The notes: generated by a model not told the origin, from the sequence alone. A stretch of 64,000 nt of DNA from Spirochaetia bacterium (GCA_965198005.1 CBDAOI010000004.1:1664001-1728000); one strand, 5' to 3'; positions 51,308 through 61,462 are shown, counted from the stretch's first letter. Translations and numbers: made by a program.

Positions 51308-53089
51308 CTAGAATCCCATTTCTTCCTTCAACTGACTATCAATCCAAAGGCGCGAGATAACGAGGCTGTCCTCATTCGGTCCGAGATCGAATTCACCGCT
51401 GTAGCCTATGACCCACGGCTGGAGTGCCCAAAACTGGGGAGCTTTGGGACCCCATATTTGATAGTGGTTCTCGATCGCGTACATGTCAGCTTCTCGCACC
51501 CACTTCTGCTGCTCCTCGAAGGTAGTGGCGGCCAGGGCGGCGTCAACGAGAGCGTCCAACTCAGGCCACTGATGCAAGGGTCGGTTCCACTGTGCGTCCG
51601 AGCGATGCCAGCCTACCAGAACTGGAGCGGCATAACTGGCGCCCCCAAGGCTTCCCATCATGCCTTCATAACTACGCGCGAAGAGGTCCGCGTGATACAG
51701 GGCCCAGTCACTATAGTCGTTGATCTCAACGTCAACGCCGATCTCGGCCCAGTAGGCGGCGGTGATCTCTGCATAGCTTGACCCACCGAGTGTCCTCGCG
51801 GACGTCTTGAATCTCGTGCCATCCGCGCCGCGCGGATATCCAGCCTCATCGAGGAGCTTCTCGGCACCTTCCGGGTCGTACCCATAGCCCTTCTTGACCT
51901 CGTCGGGCCACTCTTCGAATGGGATGTAAAACCCTTGAGCCCCTACTATCCCCTGAGGCGTCGCACTTGCGTAACCCTTCCAGTACGTGTTCGCAATGGT
52001 CTCGAGGTCCAGGGCCATTTGCATCGCCTTGCGCACCCGGACGTCGTCAAAGGGCGGCACTCTTACGTTTGCAGCAAAGGTAGCGGTAGACCGAAAAAAA
52101 TGCGTATGCAGCACGATTTCGGGGTTGGTCTTCTGCAGGCTGTCTACGGCGTCGATAGATTTTATCCAACTACCTGAAGGGCCTCTGAGATCAATCGCCC
52201 CTGAGATGAGTGCCGCCTGGAGTGTTGCTTCCTCCGGAATAATCAAATAACGTACCTCGTCAACGTAAGGCAGGCGGTTCTCGGGGTACTTTTCGTCATG
52301 GCCCCAGTAATCAGGGTTTCTGGTCCGGGTGGAAGAGCTGCCGTCCACCCAGTCAGTCATCTCAAAGGGCCCGGTGCCGACCAGGTTCTTCCAATCCGTG
52401 ATGCCACCGTGTTCCTTGATTACCTCTGGCGGCAATATGTAAACCATCAGATCCTGGGTGATGATCTGAAACGCGGGCAGGTAAGGCTGTTTCAACTTTA
52501 TGACAAGCGTCGAATCGTCGGTCGCAGTCACCGATTCGAATGGCACGCCAAGGAGGTTGGAAACGCCACCAAAGGGAGACGGTCCGACGTCGGCGAAGTC
52601 GCCCAGACCCACCATACGGTGAAAGTTGAACTCGACATCCTGCGCCGTCAGCAGACGACCGTTCATCGGCTCCTTATCGTGCCAGCGAACGCCGTCGCGG
52701 ATATGGAAGATAAAGGTCGTATCGTCCGGCGTTTCCCAGCTTTCGGCCAGCCGCCCCGTTACCGCGAACGGCGGATAGGTGTTCGCCGCTTTCAAGTCCC
52801 ACACGTCTCTGTCTATTCCCCAGTTGGCGATAGCCAGCTTCTCCAAGACGCCCATGATCGGAGGGTCTGGCCAGCCGGAATAGGGATCCCAACTATTGAG
52901 CATGCCCTTGTAACCGCCGGTCAGCGTCCCGCCGTACTCCGGCGCCACTACCAGCTCACCGGTGGTGGGGTCGGTCACGTACTCCTTGTCGGCGGCAGCG
53001 GCCGGCGCCTCCTCCCCGGCGGGGCTGGCGAACGTAACGGTAGTCACCAGCGCGAACGCCAGTGCCAATACAAGTGTTCGAAGAGCCAT
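51308..53089 (-). CDS. ABC transporter substrate-binding protein, family 5
   Basis: RBS ggagga; MALRTLVLALAF...DPTTGELVVAPEYGGT...LAESWE...GTGPF...RLWIDSQLKEEMGF. Confidence 0.95.
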   Translation of the reverse strand: MALRTLVLALAFALVTTVTFASPAGEEAPAAAADKEYVTDPTTGELVVAPEYGGTLTGGYKGMLNSWDPYSGWPDPPIMGVLEKLAIANWGIDRDVWDLKAANTYPPFAVTGRLAESWETPDDTTFIFHIRDGVRWHDKEPMNGRLLTAQDVEFNFHRMVGLGDFADVGPSPFGGVSNLLGVPFESVTATDDSTLVIKLKQPYLPAFQIITQDLMVYILPPEVIKEHGGITDWKNLVGTGPFEMTDWVDGSSSTRTRNPDYWGHDEKYPENRLPYVDEVRYLIIPEEATLQAALISGAIDLRGPSGSWIKSIDAVDSLQKTNPEIVLHTHFFRSTATFAANVRVPPFDDVRVRKAMQMALDLETIANTYWKGYASATPQGIVGAQGFYIPFEEWPDEVKKGYGYDPEGAEKLLDEAGYPRGADGTRFKTSARTLGGSSYAEITAAYWAEIGVDVEINDYSDWALYHADLFARSYEGMMGSLGGASYAAPVLVGWHRSDAQWNRPLHQWPELDALVDAALAATTFEEQQKWVREADMYAIENHYQIWGPKAPQFWALQPWVIGYSGEFDLGPNEDSLVISRLWIDSQLKEEMGF

Positions 53090-53134
53090 AATCGTGCTCC
53101 TCCTTCTCTCGGGAGCGCGGTTTGCGCCCCGTTG

Positions 53135-53166
53135 TTTTTTTTGCCGGATACTCCGGCTTTTTTTTT
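53135..53166 (+). terminator. Intrinsic terminator-like hairpin, antisense to the SBP leader
   Basis: T8-gccgga-tac-tccggc-T9. Confidence 0.6.
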
Positions 53167-53426
53167 CGTGTAGTGCTGGTTGTTGGCTGTTGGCCCTGCG
53201 ACCCCGGCGCTCGACGCGGACGGCGCAGAGCAGGCCGCGGTGCTGGAGCGCTGCGCAGGGGCACGGGCGGGCTACCGGTCCCACCCGCGAGCAGCGTCGT
53301 GCGCTGGGGGTGGATGTCTGCTGGTAACCCGGCTGATAGCGGCGACGGGGTGAAAGACTGAGAATTGCGAGTGCCCGGCTGGCGGAGCGGTTAGTGAGCC
53401 GGTCTAGGTTGTGTTCATATTCCCCT

Positions 53427-53452
53427 GGGGGGGGGGGGGGGGGGGGGGGGGG
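53427..53452. repeat. G26 homopolymer
   Basis: Directly visible; equivalent to the C8 tract ending element copy A. Confidence 0.9.
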
Positions 53453-53465
53453 ACTCCTCCCACCA

Positions 53466-54126
53466 GTTTATCCGGCAGCGAAGGGGCGACTCTGACGGCT
53501 GAAAGCCCGGAAGTAAACGCTCAGGGGAGGGCGTGAGCCCGACCGACCAACCTAGGAGGCTACCAGAAGGGCCGTAGCGAGAGCGAACGGACTAATCGCC
53601 GAAAACCTCCCCAGCGGGAAGTTGGTTGCTGGATGTCAGGAGGCCAAGGGTTTCCCCCTCCTACCCGATGGCCATGCTGCGGAAGAAACTGGGAAGTGCA
53701 CGCGGTAGGCTCCCGGCGGAAGTTGAAGGCGGCGTCTGGATAGTTCAGCAGTGAAAGCCCGGTTATGTGCTGCTCAGGCAGGATGTCCTCGAATGCCAAG
53801 GCCCTATAACCCTGGATGGCGGGAAGTGGAACGGAGAGCAGCAGGATGAGGCCACAAGCGACGATGGCCGCGACAACATAAGAGGGCCTGAGGAGCCAGA
53901 AATGCACCGCCCGGACACTGAGCGAGTCGAAGCGATGGTCAAACCGGGGACAGCGCCCACGTAGCCAGGGATCAGGCTGAGCGTGGTTGCATCGTACCGG
54001 GAAGGGCCGCCGTGAGCTTGCGGGCACCTGAGCTTCGAGCCGTACTGTGGGAAAACCCCGTACGGAATCTCAGGGGGGGCGCTGGAAACGTGGCCTACGG
54101 GCGCGCGCGCCAGCGCTCTACCCGAC
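53466..54126 (+). ncRNA. ORF-less group II intron (~660 nt; 5' end approximate)
   Basis: Domain V-like gagccgtac-tgtgggaaaaccc-cgtacggaatc, domain VI gggggggcgctgg...ccagcgctct-a-cccgac with bulged A and terminal AC; GNRA-capped stems upstream; no long ORF. Confidence 0.8.
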
Positions 54127-54330
54127 GGGGGACTCCTCACCATTAAGCAAGCGCGCCGCGAGCTGATTTTCAGCAAATCTCGGCGAGCGGCTGTCAGGGG
54201 AACAGAGTGTCATAAGCGTTGACGTGTTATAGGTCACTCAAGCCCTCCGCAGGTGAGGCACAGCCATACCCAGATGTAGTCGCGATGTCGCGATTGACTG
54301 CATCCCACCCAATCATAACCTCCGCCCCCG
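54127..54330 (-). repeat. ~190-bp conserved non-coding element, copy B
   Basis: Reverse complement of 3292-3485 with few differences. Confidence 0.9.
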
Positions 54331-54779
54331 AGGACGTCAACCACGAATCGGCCCAGCAATCCTCGGTGAACGGCAGTCGATGGCCTGAAGAGACAGTCTG
54401 GGGGGCCCACCATTTGCCAACCCCCGCCGCGAAAGGATTCCGGGGGGGGCAAGGGTAGGACGCGCCGGTTGCGTTGCCCCTAACCGGTGGCAGCGCTGAG
54501 TAGTGTTTTCAGCCATCTTTTGCATCCGTTCAAACCTGAGACTCTTAGTATACCACCTCTGCGGCAACCAATCAACAGAAAAAAACAGGCGAATTGAAGG
54601 TTTCTTGAGATTTCTTTCGGGCAGCCGCGGCAGCCGAGAGCCCCTCGCGGCGCCGACTCGGGCGCATCGCCCCTCCGGAGCCGTCATTCGCCGGCGATGT
54701 GGCCGTCCGCAGGCCGTTCACCGTCCACGTCGGCCTCACAGCGGCCCGCTGAGGGCCTTCCAGCCCCTCGGGGGTAGCC

Positions 54780-56703
54780 TGGGGTACGAGCGCCAGGCTA
54801 ACTGGCATATGACAGAGGGTGAAAGTCCCTCGGAACGAAGGAGCAGCCAATCCACGTTTCTCCGCGAGCCGTGCGTTGGCACCTGCGAGGGTGCAGGCGA
54901 AGCGTCGGCAGCGGTGCGTGCGGGCAGAGTTATGGAGCGCCGCAAAATACGACATCTGGAGTGCCGAGACTCTGTACTCGGTCGAAGGCAACACCGGTCG
55001 AGCCAGTATGGTGAGGATCGACCGGGCTCCACGGCGTCGAAGAACTCAGGCACGTGCGTACGTCATATACCGGGACCTGGGAGGTCTTCGGGTCGTCCCG
55101 GCGAGTCGTCGCCGGGACCGCGGAGGGAAGGCGTGAGGCTGGACCAAAGATGAACGACCCGAAGGAGTCGGACATGGGCATAGTAGCGGCGAAGCCGGCG
55201 AACAAGGGAGCGCAAGCGACTGCGGAGACGGTGGAGCGAAGGCCCATGACCAACGGGAATTCGCAAGGTCAAAGCACGGGCCGGACGCAGAGTCGGGCAA
55301 CCGTGACACAGGCGGCCGAGCGGATACGGCAATTCGTAAAGAGAGAACCGCAGGAGAAACTCACTGCGCTGCTGCACCACGTGACGCCGGAAGCGCTGCG
55401 GGTGGCCTATTACGCGCTGAAGCGTGAAGCGGCCCCGGGGGTGGACGGGATGACGTGGCGGGAGTACGAGACGGGGTTGGAAGTGCGCTTGCACGACCTG
55501 CACCGGCGAGTACACACAGGAGCGTACCGAGCGACCCCGGTACGGCGGGTCAACATCGACAAGCCGGACGGAGGCACACGACCGCTGGGGGTGGCCGCGC
55601 TGGAGGACAAGATCGTCCAGAAGGCCGTGGTGGATGTGATCCTGACACCGATCTATGAGGAGGAATTTCTCGGGATCAGCTATGGGTTTCGACCGGGGCG
55701 CGGGGCACACGATGCGTTGGACGCACTGGCCTACGCCATCGAACGGCGCGAAGTGAACTGGATATTGGACGCGGACATTCGCGCCTACTTCGACACGATC
55801 TCGCGGGACTGGTTGATCAGATTCCTGGAGCATCGGATTGGAGATCGGCGGGTGCTGCGGCTGATAAAGAAGTGGCTGCGCGCTGGGGTACTGGAAGAAG
55901 GCCGACAGATCGACGCGGGGCGGGGTACAGCGCAAGGGTCGGTGATTTCACCGATGCTCGCGAATATATACTTGCACTACGTGTTGGACCTGTGGGTCAC
56001 CAAGAAGTGGCGGCCGCAGGAGGCGCGCGGAGACATGATCATAGTGCGCTACGCAGATGACTATGTCGCCGGGTTCGAGCATCGTGACGATGCGGAACGC
56101 TTCCTGCGGGAACTGAAGGAGCGATTCAGAGGCTTCGAGCTGGAACTGAACGCCGACAAGACCCGACTCCTCGAGTTTGGACGGTATGCCGAAAGGAACC
56201 GCCGAGCACGTGGGGAAGGGCGACCGGAGACGTTCGACTTTCTGGGTTTCACGCATTATTGCAGGAAGGACAGGAAAGGACGCTTCGGGCTGGGGCGGAA
56301 GCCAATTCGGAAGCGGATGAATCGTACGCTGAAGAGGATCAAGATCGAGCTCCGCAGACGAATGCATGATGACGTGATGGAAACCGGGCGCTGGCTGGGA
56401 CGGGTACTGCGCGGATGGCTCAACTACTACGCGGTACCCACCAGCTACCGCTATCTGCACCGATTCGTGTGGCGTCTGCGAGGAATCTGGGTAAAGATTC
56501 TACGCCGGAGGTCCCAGAAGGACCGATTCTCCTGGGCTTGGATGCTGGCGATCAGCATCAAGCTGTGGCCCCAACCCCGAATCGTACACTCATGGCCGGA
56601 CCGGCGATTTGCCGTCAACCACCGAAGGTAGGAGCCGGATGGTTTAACGACCACGTCCGGATCTGTGCGGGGGGCGCCGGGTAACCGGCGTTCCTACCGC
56701 GCC
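54780..56703 (+). mobile_element. Group II intron with RT/maturase ORF (bacterial class E-like); ends approximate
   Basis: 5' gcgccagg-ctaa-ctggc, gagggtgaaagtccctc; domain V gagccggatggtttaacgaccacgtccggatc; domain VI ggggggcgccgggtaaccggcgttcctaccgc. Confidence 0.88.
55150..56631 (+). CDS. ltrA: Group II intron reverse transcriptase/maturase (no endonuclease domain)
   Basis: AAPGVDG, KPDGGTRPLG, SYGFRPGRGAHDAL, DADI..YFD, GTAQGSVISP, RYADD, FDFLGF, LRGWLNYY. Confidence 0.95.
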   Translation: MNDPKESDMGIVAAKPANKGAQATAETVERRPMTNGNSQGQSTGRTQSRATVTQAAERIRQFVKREPQEKLTALLHHVTPEALRVAYYALKREAAPGVDGMTWREYETGLEVRLHDLHRRVHTGAYRATPVRRVNIDKPDGGTRPLGVAALEDKIVQKAVVDVILTPIYEEEFLGISYGFRPGRGAHDALDALAYAIERREVNWILDADIRAYFDTISRDWLIRFLEHRIGDRRVLRLIKKWLRAGVLEEGRQIDAGRGTAQGSVISPMLANIYLHYVLDLWVTKKWRPQEARGDMIIVRYADDYVAGFEHRDDAERFLRELKERFRGFELELNADKTRLLEFGRYAERNRRARGEGRPETFDFLGFTHYCRKDRKGRFGLGRKPIRKRMNRTLKRIKIELRRRMHDDVMETGRWLGRVLRGWLNYYAVPTSYRYLHRFVWRLRGIWVKILRRRSQKDRFSWAWMLAISIKLWPQPRIVHSWPDRRFAVNHRR

Positions 56704-56872
56704 CCCCTGCAACACCCGTCGAAGCCGTTTCCCACCACCGCTGACACCGCTGACACGCCGCGCGGTCCGCCACCCGGCTCCCGTGTGCCACCTCGAACAT
56801 CAATCCGAGACCGGCACTGATCAGCGCTTGCAGGTCAGGAACGACGTGAGGTGCGGGCTGCAGAGCCCCCCT

Positions 56873-57150
56873 CAGTCGCGCCCATACCCGCGCGGCGGCT
56901 CGACGCTCTCCAGTTCGGCAAGATCAAGCCCGCACATCGCCTCCAGCCGCTGTGCGAGCCGCGGACTCCTGGAGACTGTCGGGCAAGTGGTCGAGCCACG
57001 CTTGATACTCACCCTGGAGGTCGAGCAGGGTGCCTACCGCATCCTGCCAGCGCTGCGGTCGGGACCTGCGGTCTTGCGGCCTGCGGTACTGCACCCGGGG
57101 CTGCGCTGCCTTGCGGCGCTCTCGATAGCGCCGTTGTCGTTCCGTGCGGT
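56873..57150 (-). pseudogene. Fragment of a small mobile-element-associated hypothetical gene
   Basis: ERQRRYRERRK...DRRSRPQRWQDAV..LLDLQGEYQAWLDHLPDSLQES / LDLAELESVEPPRGYGRD*; frameshifted and fused to the IS110 remnant. Confidence 0.5.
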
Positions 57151-58070
57151 CACGCAGCATCGCGCACGCCACCGCGAGCAACCGGTCCGCGACCGTACGC
57201 AGCGCCCGGCCATGGCGCTGCCCGCGCGCGCGCAGCGCCGCATACCGCTCCCGACTCACCGGATCGTGCTGGATCGCCACCCGCGCCCAGTGATACATCG
57301 CGTTGCTCAGCCGCTGGTTGCAGGCACGGCGCATGCTCACCTGGCAACTCTTCCCCGACCGCTTGGTCACCGGCGCGACTCCGGTCAGAATCCGCAACCT
57401 GTGGTAGTCTCGCTCAGCCAGCAACTGTGAGGCCTCCGCGAACAGCGTGGCGAGCACGATCCGACCAACACCGGGCATCGAACGCAGGATGACGGCGTCA
57501 CGCTGCTCTTCTGGTTCACCCGAGTCGTCGGCGGCCACAATCTCGGCCAGCAGTTCGTCGAGCCGGCTGCCGCAGGATGCGCAGCACACTGGCAGCATCA
57601 TGGCGCCGGATGCGGTTGCGCTTCAGGATGGCCGCGACCGACGCCTTCCGGACCCGCGCTGCCTCCGCCGGCGTCGAAGCCTTCTCCCACAACTCCGGAA
57701 CCCAGCCCGCGCCGAGGTCACCGCCCAGCTCGATCATCTGCGGGTAGTAGCGGCGCAGTTGCTCGCGCATGCGATTGATCAGCCCGTTGCGTTCCTCCTG
57801 CAACTCGGCAGTCAGGCGCGACCATTCCCGCAACTCGATCACCGGCGGTGCCTGCACCTGCAACTGACGAAAGCTGCGTCGGTCGGTGCGCAGCGAGTCT
57901 GCCAACACCCGCGCGTCGCGCCGGTCATCCTTGGCGCCGGCCACCGTAAACCGGTCACGAAATCGATCCAGCTGCTTGGGATTGATCGCGTACACCTGCA
58001 CCTCGCGCTCCAGCAGCATCTCGACCACCGCGCCATGCGGCACCTCGATCCCCGCGTGCACGCGCTCCGG
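57150..58070 (-). mobile_element. IS110-family transposase remnant
   Basis: GIEVPHG...AINPKQ...GAKDDRRDARVLA (DEDD domain), LRSMPGVG...GVAPVTKRSGKS...RRACN; 5' truncated and frameshifted near 57570-57600. Confidence 0.88.
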
Positions 58071-58130
58071 GTGCCCGCCCCCCGAGATTGTTCTGTAGCT
58101 CGGCTGCCACGATGTCGTTCCGCCCCTGTA

Positions 58131-58178
58131 CTGGTGCTCTGATGCTCTGGTGCTCCTGGCACCTTGGCACCCTGGCAC
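58131..58178. repeat. Six tandem 8-bp units
   Basis: ctggtgct ctgatgct ctggtgct cctggcac cttggcac cctggcac. Confidence 0.75.
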
Positions 58179-58440
58179 AAGCTCCTCACTGGGTATCCAT
58201 CGCGGCACTCCTGCCGGGGCACACGTCCCCCCCGGGCGCTCTCCGGCGCGGGGGGCTCAAGGTTGCTCCCGGCAGGTTGCCTCGCCCGCCTGGGATTCTA
58301 GCAGTCCCGGACGAACTTTCTACTCTCTAAAGGGTACAGGGGGGTAGATGAGGATAGGACGGCTGCGTTGCCGCTGGGCACCGGCGGCGCCGCTGCGGCC
58401 GGCGTCGCGAAGTTCCCGGAAACAGGCTACTCTGAGCGGC

Positions 58441-59328
58441 ATGCACTACCGCCCACTTGGTAACACCGGCCTGTCGGTCAGCGCCGTCGGTCTCGGCGGC
58501 GTACCGCTGTCCATACCCGAGGCGCGCCCCGACCAGGCAACTGCGATCAAGGTCGTCCACCATGCCGTCGACCAGGGTGTGACCTTTATCGACACGGCCG
58601 ACAGCTACGGTCGCGGCGAATCGGACATGGGCCACAACGAGCGCCTGTTTCGCGCCGCCCTGGCGGAGCTGCCTGCAGACGTGCGCACGCAGGTGGTGGT
58701 TGCCACCAAGGCCGGCTTCACGCGCCCCGGCGGCGCCTGGGTTCCCAACGGCCGCCCGGAGTACCTGCGGCGGCAGTGCGAGGCCTCCCTGCGCAACCTC
58801 GACGTCGAGCGGCTCGACCTGCTGCAGCACCACCGGCCCGATCCCGATGTGCCAATCGCCGAGAGCATCGGCGCATTTGCCCGCCTGCGCGAAGAAGGCA
58901 AGGTGCGCTTTATCGGCGTCAGCGAGTACTCGGTCGCGCAACTCGACGAGGCCCAGTCCGTGACCGCGATCGCCAGCACCCAGAATCAGTACTCGCTGGC
59001 GCATCGGCAACCCGAGCAGGACGGCACCCTGGCCGCCGCCGGGGAGCGGGGACTGGCATTCATCCCCTGGAGCCCCCTGGGCGGCATTGCGGCCCCGCCG
59101 CATGGGGCGCGTGATCTTGCTCGACGGCACCCCGCGGTTGCGCGCCTGGCCGAGCACCATGGCGTGAGCCCGCAGCGGCTGGTGGTCGCCTGGCTGCTCA
59201 GTAAGGGGCCGCACGTCCTGGTAATCGTCGGCGCCAGCCGGGCCGCCACCATCGAGGACTCGGCACGCGCTGCCGACCTTGAGCTGGATGCCAGCGACCT
59301 CGCCCAGATCGACGCGGCCACCGCCTGA
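58441..59328 (+). CDS. Aldo/keto reductase
   Basis: MHYRPLGNTGLSVSAVGLG, IDTADSYG, ATK, SLRNL, GKVRFIGVS, PWSPLG. Confidence 0.92.
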   Translation: MHYRPLGNTGLSVSAVGLGGVPLSIPEARPDQATAIKVVHHAVDQGVTFIDTADSYGRGESDMGHNERLFRAALAELPADVRTQVVVATKAGFTRPGGAWVPNGRPEYLRRQCEASLRNLDVERLDLLQHHRPDPDVPIAESIGAFARLREEGKVRFIGVSEYSVAQLDEAQSVTAIASTQNQYSLAHRQPEQDGTLAAAGERGLAFIPWSPLGGIAAPPHGARDLARRHPAVARLAEHHGVSPQRLVVAWLLSKGPHVLVIVGASRAATIEDSARAADLELDASDLAQIDAATA

Positions 59329-59485
59329 CCGAGGTCGCGCCACCACTCGCGGCTGTGAGATTCGGAACGCTCGAGGTTACCGAGCTTCCCGACGATGCCC
59401 CGGTGCTGGTCGGCCAGATGGTCATGGACGCACTCCATTGCTCGCGCGCCGGGCAAACGATAGAGTCAGTGCCCAGGCTACGGTA

Positions 59486-61243
59486 GTGAGCACGCCCCCC
59501 GCCCACCCGCGCATTCCCTACGGCGAGGCCGACTTCAGGCGCATCCGCTGGAACCGCTGGCTGTACGTCGACAAGACCCGCTTCCTGCGGCGGCTGGAGG
59601 ACGAGCGCTACGCCTTTCTGATCCGCCCGCGCCGCTTCGGCAAGTCGCTGTGGGTCTCCCTGCTTGAGAACTACTACGACCGCTTCTGGGCCGACGGCTT
59701 CGAGGCCACCTTCGCCGGCACCGACATCGGGCAGGACCCGACCGGGGAACAGCGCCGCTACGTCACCCTGCGCTTCGACTTTTCAACCGTCAACGACAAG
59801 CTCGAAACGCTGGAGCGGGAGTTCGAGACCTACTGTTTCATAGAGCTGCGGGGGACGCTGCGGCGGCACCCCGACGTGTTTCCCGACGCCGCGGTGCGGG
59901 ACATCCTCGCGCCGCCCTCCATCGCCACCAAGCTTTCCGAGCTGTTTCGTTACGCCGGCGACCATGACATCCCCCTGTACGTGCTGATCGACGAGTACGA
60001 CAACTTCGCCAACACCGTGCTGGCGTACCACGGCGCGGAGGCGTACCACTCCTTCACCCACGGTGGCGGCTTCTACCGCAACTTCTTTGCCACCCTGAAG
60101 TCCGGGGCGGGGCGCACCGGCGGCGGTCTGGAGCGCCTGTTCATCACCGGCGTGTCGCCGATCACGATGGACGACGTGACCAGCGGCTTCAACATCGGCA
60201 AGAACATCAGCCTGCACCCGGACTTCAACGAGATGGTCGGCTTCACCGAATCGGAGGTGCGGCGCTTGGTCGAGACCTACCGGGACCTGGGCGTGTTCAA
60301 TCAGGACGTCGAGACCGCCATGGGCATCATGGGCCAGTGGTACAACGGCTATCGGTTCGCCAAGGCGGCCGAGACCGATCTGTACAACACCGACATGGTG
60401 CTCTACTACCTGGACAACTCGATTCCCAACCGAGACGTACCGGAATACCTGATCGACACCAACGTGCGCATCGACTACGGCAAGCTGCGCCACCTGCTAG
60501 TGACCGGGCGGCAGCTCAACGGCAACTTCGACCTGCTGCGCGACATCATCGGCGAGGAGCAGGTGGACACCCGCATCCAGCCCGGCTTTCCGCTGAAGGA
60601 CCTCACCAAGCCGGAGAACTTTCTCTCCCTGCTGCACTACTTCGGGCTGTTGAGCATCCGCGACGTGGTGGAGCGGGTGCCGCGGCTGGCGATCCCGAAC
60701 CAGACCGTGAAGCGGTTGATGTACGGCTTCCTGCGCGATGGCTACCGCGACGTGGGGGTGTTTTCAGTCAATCTGTTCCGGTTCGAGCAGTTGATGATGG
60801 GGATGGCCAACCGGGGGGAATGGCAGCCGGCGTTCGAGTTTCTGAGCGAGGCGATCGCGCAGCAGACGGGGATTCGCGACTACATCAGCGGGGAGAAGGT
60901 AATCCAGGGATTCCTGGCCGCCTATCTGAGCGTGAGCGACTACTACGTGTTCCGCTCGGAGGCGGAGTTGGGCAAGGGACACGCGGACATCTGCCTGGAA
61001 CCGCTGGTGGCCCGCTATCCGCACCTGCAGCGCGGTTATCTGATCGAGCTGAAATACCTGAAGCGCAGCGAGTCGGTGGACGAGGCCGGGGTGGCGGCGG
61101 CGGCCGCAGAGGCGACGGCGCAGCTCGAGCGGTACCTGGCGGACGAGCGGCTGGCGCGGCAGTTTCCCGCGGTGCGCTTCATCGGCCTGATCGTGGTGTT
61201 CCACGGCTGGGAGATGGTGTTCTGCGATGCCGTGCGGCAGTGA
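59486..61243 (+). CDS. AAA-ATPase-like + PD-(D/E)XK nuclease (PF09820/PF08011-type) protein
   Basis: IPYGEADF, YVDKT, RPRRFGKSL, LIDEYDNF, FITGVSP, WYNGY, C-terminal SEAELGKGHADI...LIELKY. Confidence 0.93.
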   Translation: MSTPPAHPRIPYGEADFRRIRWNRWLYVDKTRFLRRLEDERYAFLIRPRRFGKSLWVSLLENYYDRFWADGFEATFAGTDIGQDPTGEQRRYVTLRFDFSTVNDKLETLEREFETYCFIELRGTLRRHPDVFPDAAVRDILAPPSIATKLSELFRYAGDHDIPLYVLIDEYDNFANTVLAYHGAEAYHSFTHGGGFYRNFFATLKSGAGRTGGGLERLFITGVSPITMDDVTSGFNIGKNISLHPDFNEMVGFTESEVRRLVETYRDLGVFNQDVETAMGIMGQWYNGYRFAKAAETDLYNTDMVLYYLDNSIPNRDVPEYLIDTNVRIDYGKLRHLLVTGRQLNGNFDLLRDIIGEEQVDTRIQPGFPLKDLTKPENFLSLLHYFGLLSIRDVVERVPRLAIPNQTVKRLMYGFLRDGYRDVGVFSVNLFRFEQLMMGMANRGEWQPAFEFLSEAIAQQTGIRDYISGEKVIQGFLAAYLSVSDYYVFRSEAELGKGHADICLEPLVARYPHLQRGYLIELKYLKRSESVDEAGVAAAAAEATAQLERYLADERLARQFPAVRFIGLIVVFHGWEMVFCDAVRQ

Positions 61244-61294
61244 CCGCGCGCCCTGAGTTGCACGGGCACAGAGGACGAGATCCGGACGACGGCT

Positions 61295-61462
61295 TCAGGC
61301 GCCGCCGGCACCCAGACGACCGCCGCCGCCCCGGAGCCGCGGGTCGAGCAGATCGCGCACCGCGTCGCCGAACATGTTCAGGCTGTAGACCACGATGGTC
61401 AGGCACAGGCCGGGCCAGAGCGCCAGCCACGGTCCCTGCTGCATGTACTGGCGGCCTTCGCG
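61295..61462 (-). pseudogene. Orphan dppC 3' fragment
   Basis: REGRQYMQQGPWLALWPGLCLTIVVYSLNMFGDAVRDLLDPRLRGGGGRLG, very close to the end of 49387-50280. Confidence 0.9.

Noticed and set aside
54331-54780. GC-rich stems and an AT-rich promoter-like patch between the two introns
   Set aside because: Could not be assigned to a gene, ncRNA or element end from sequence alone.
55150-56631. RT as a retron, DGR or Abi-type defence RT
   Set aside because: It has group II intron RT0-7 and X domain motifs and is followed directly by domains V/VI.
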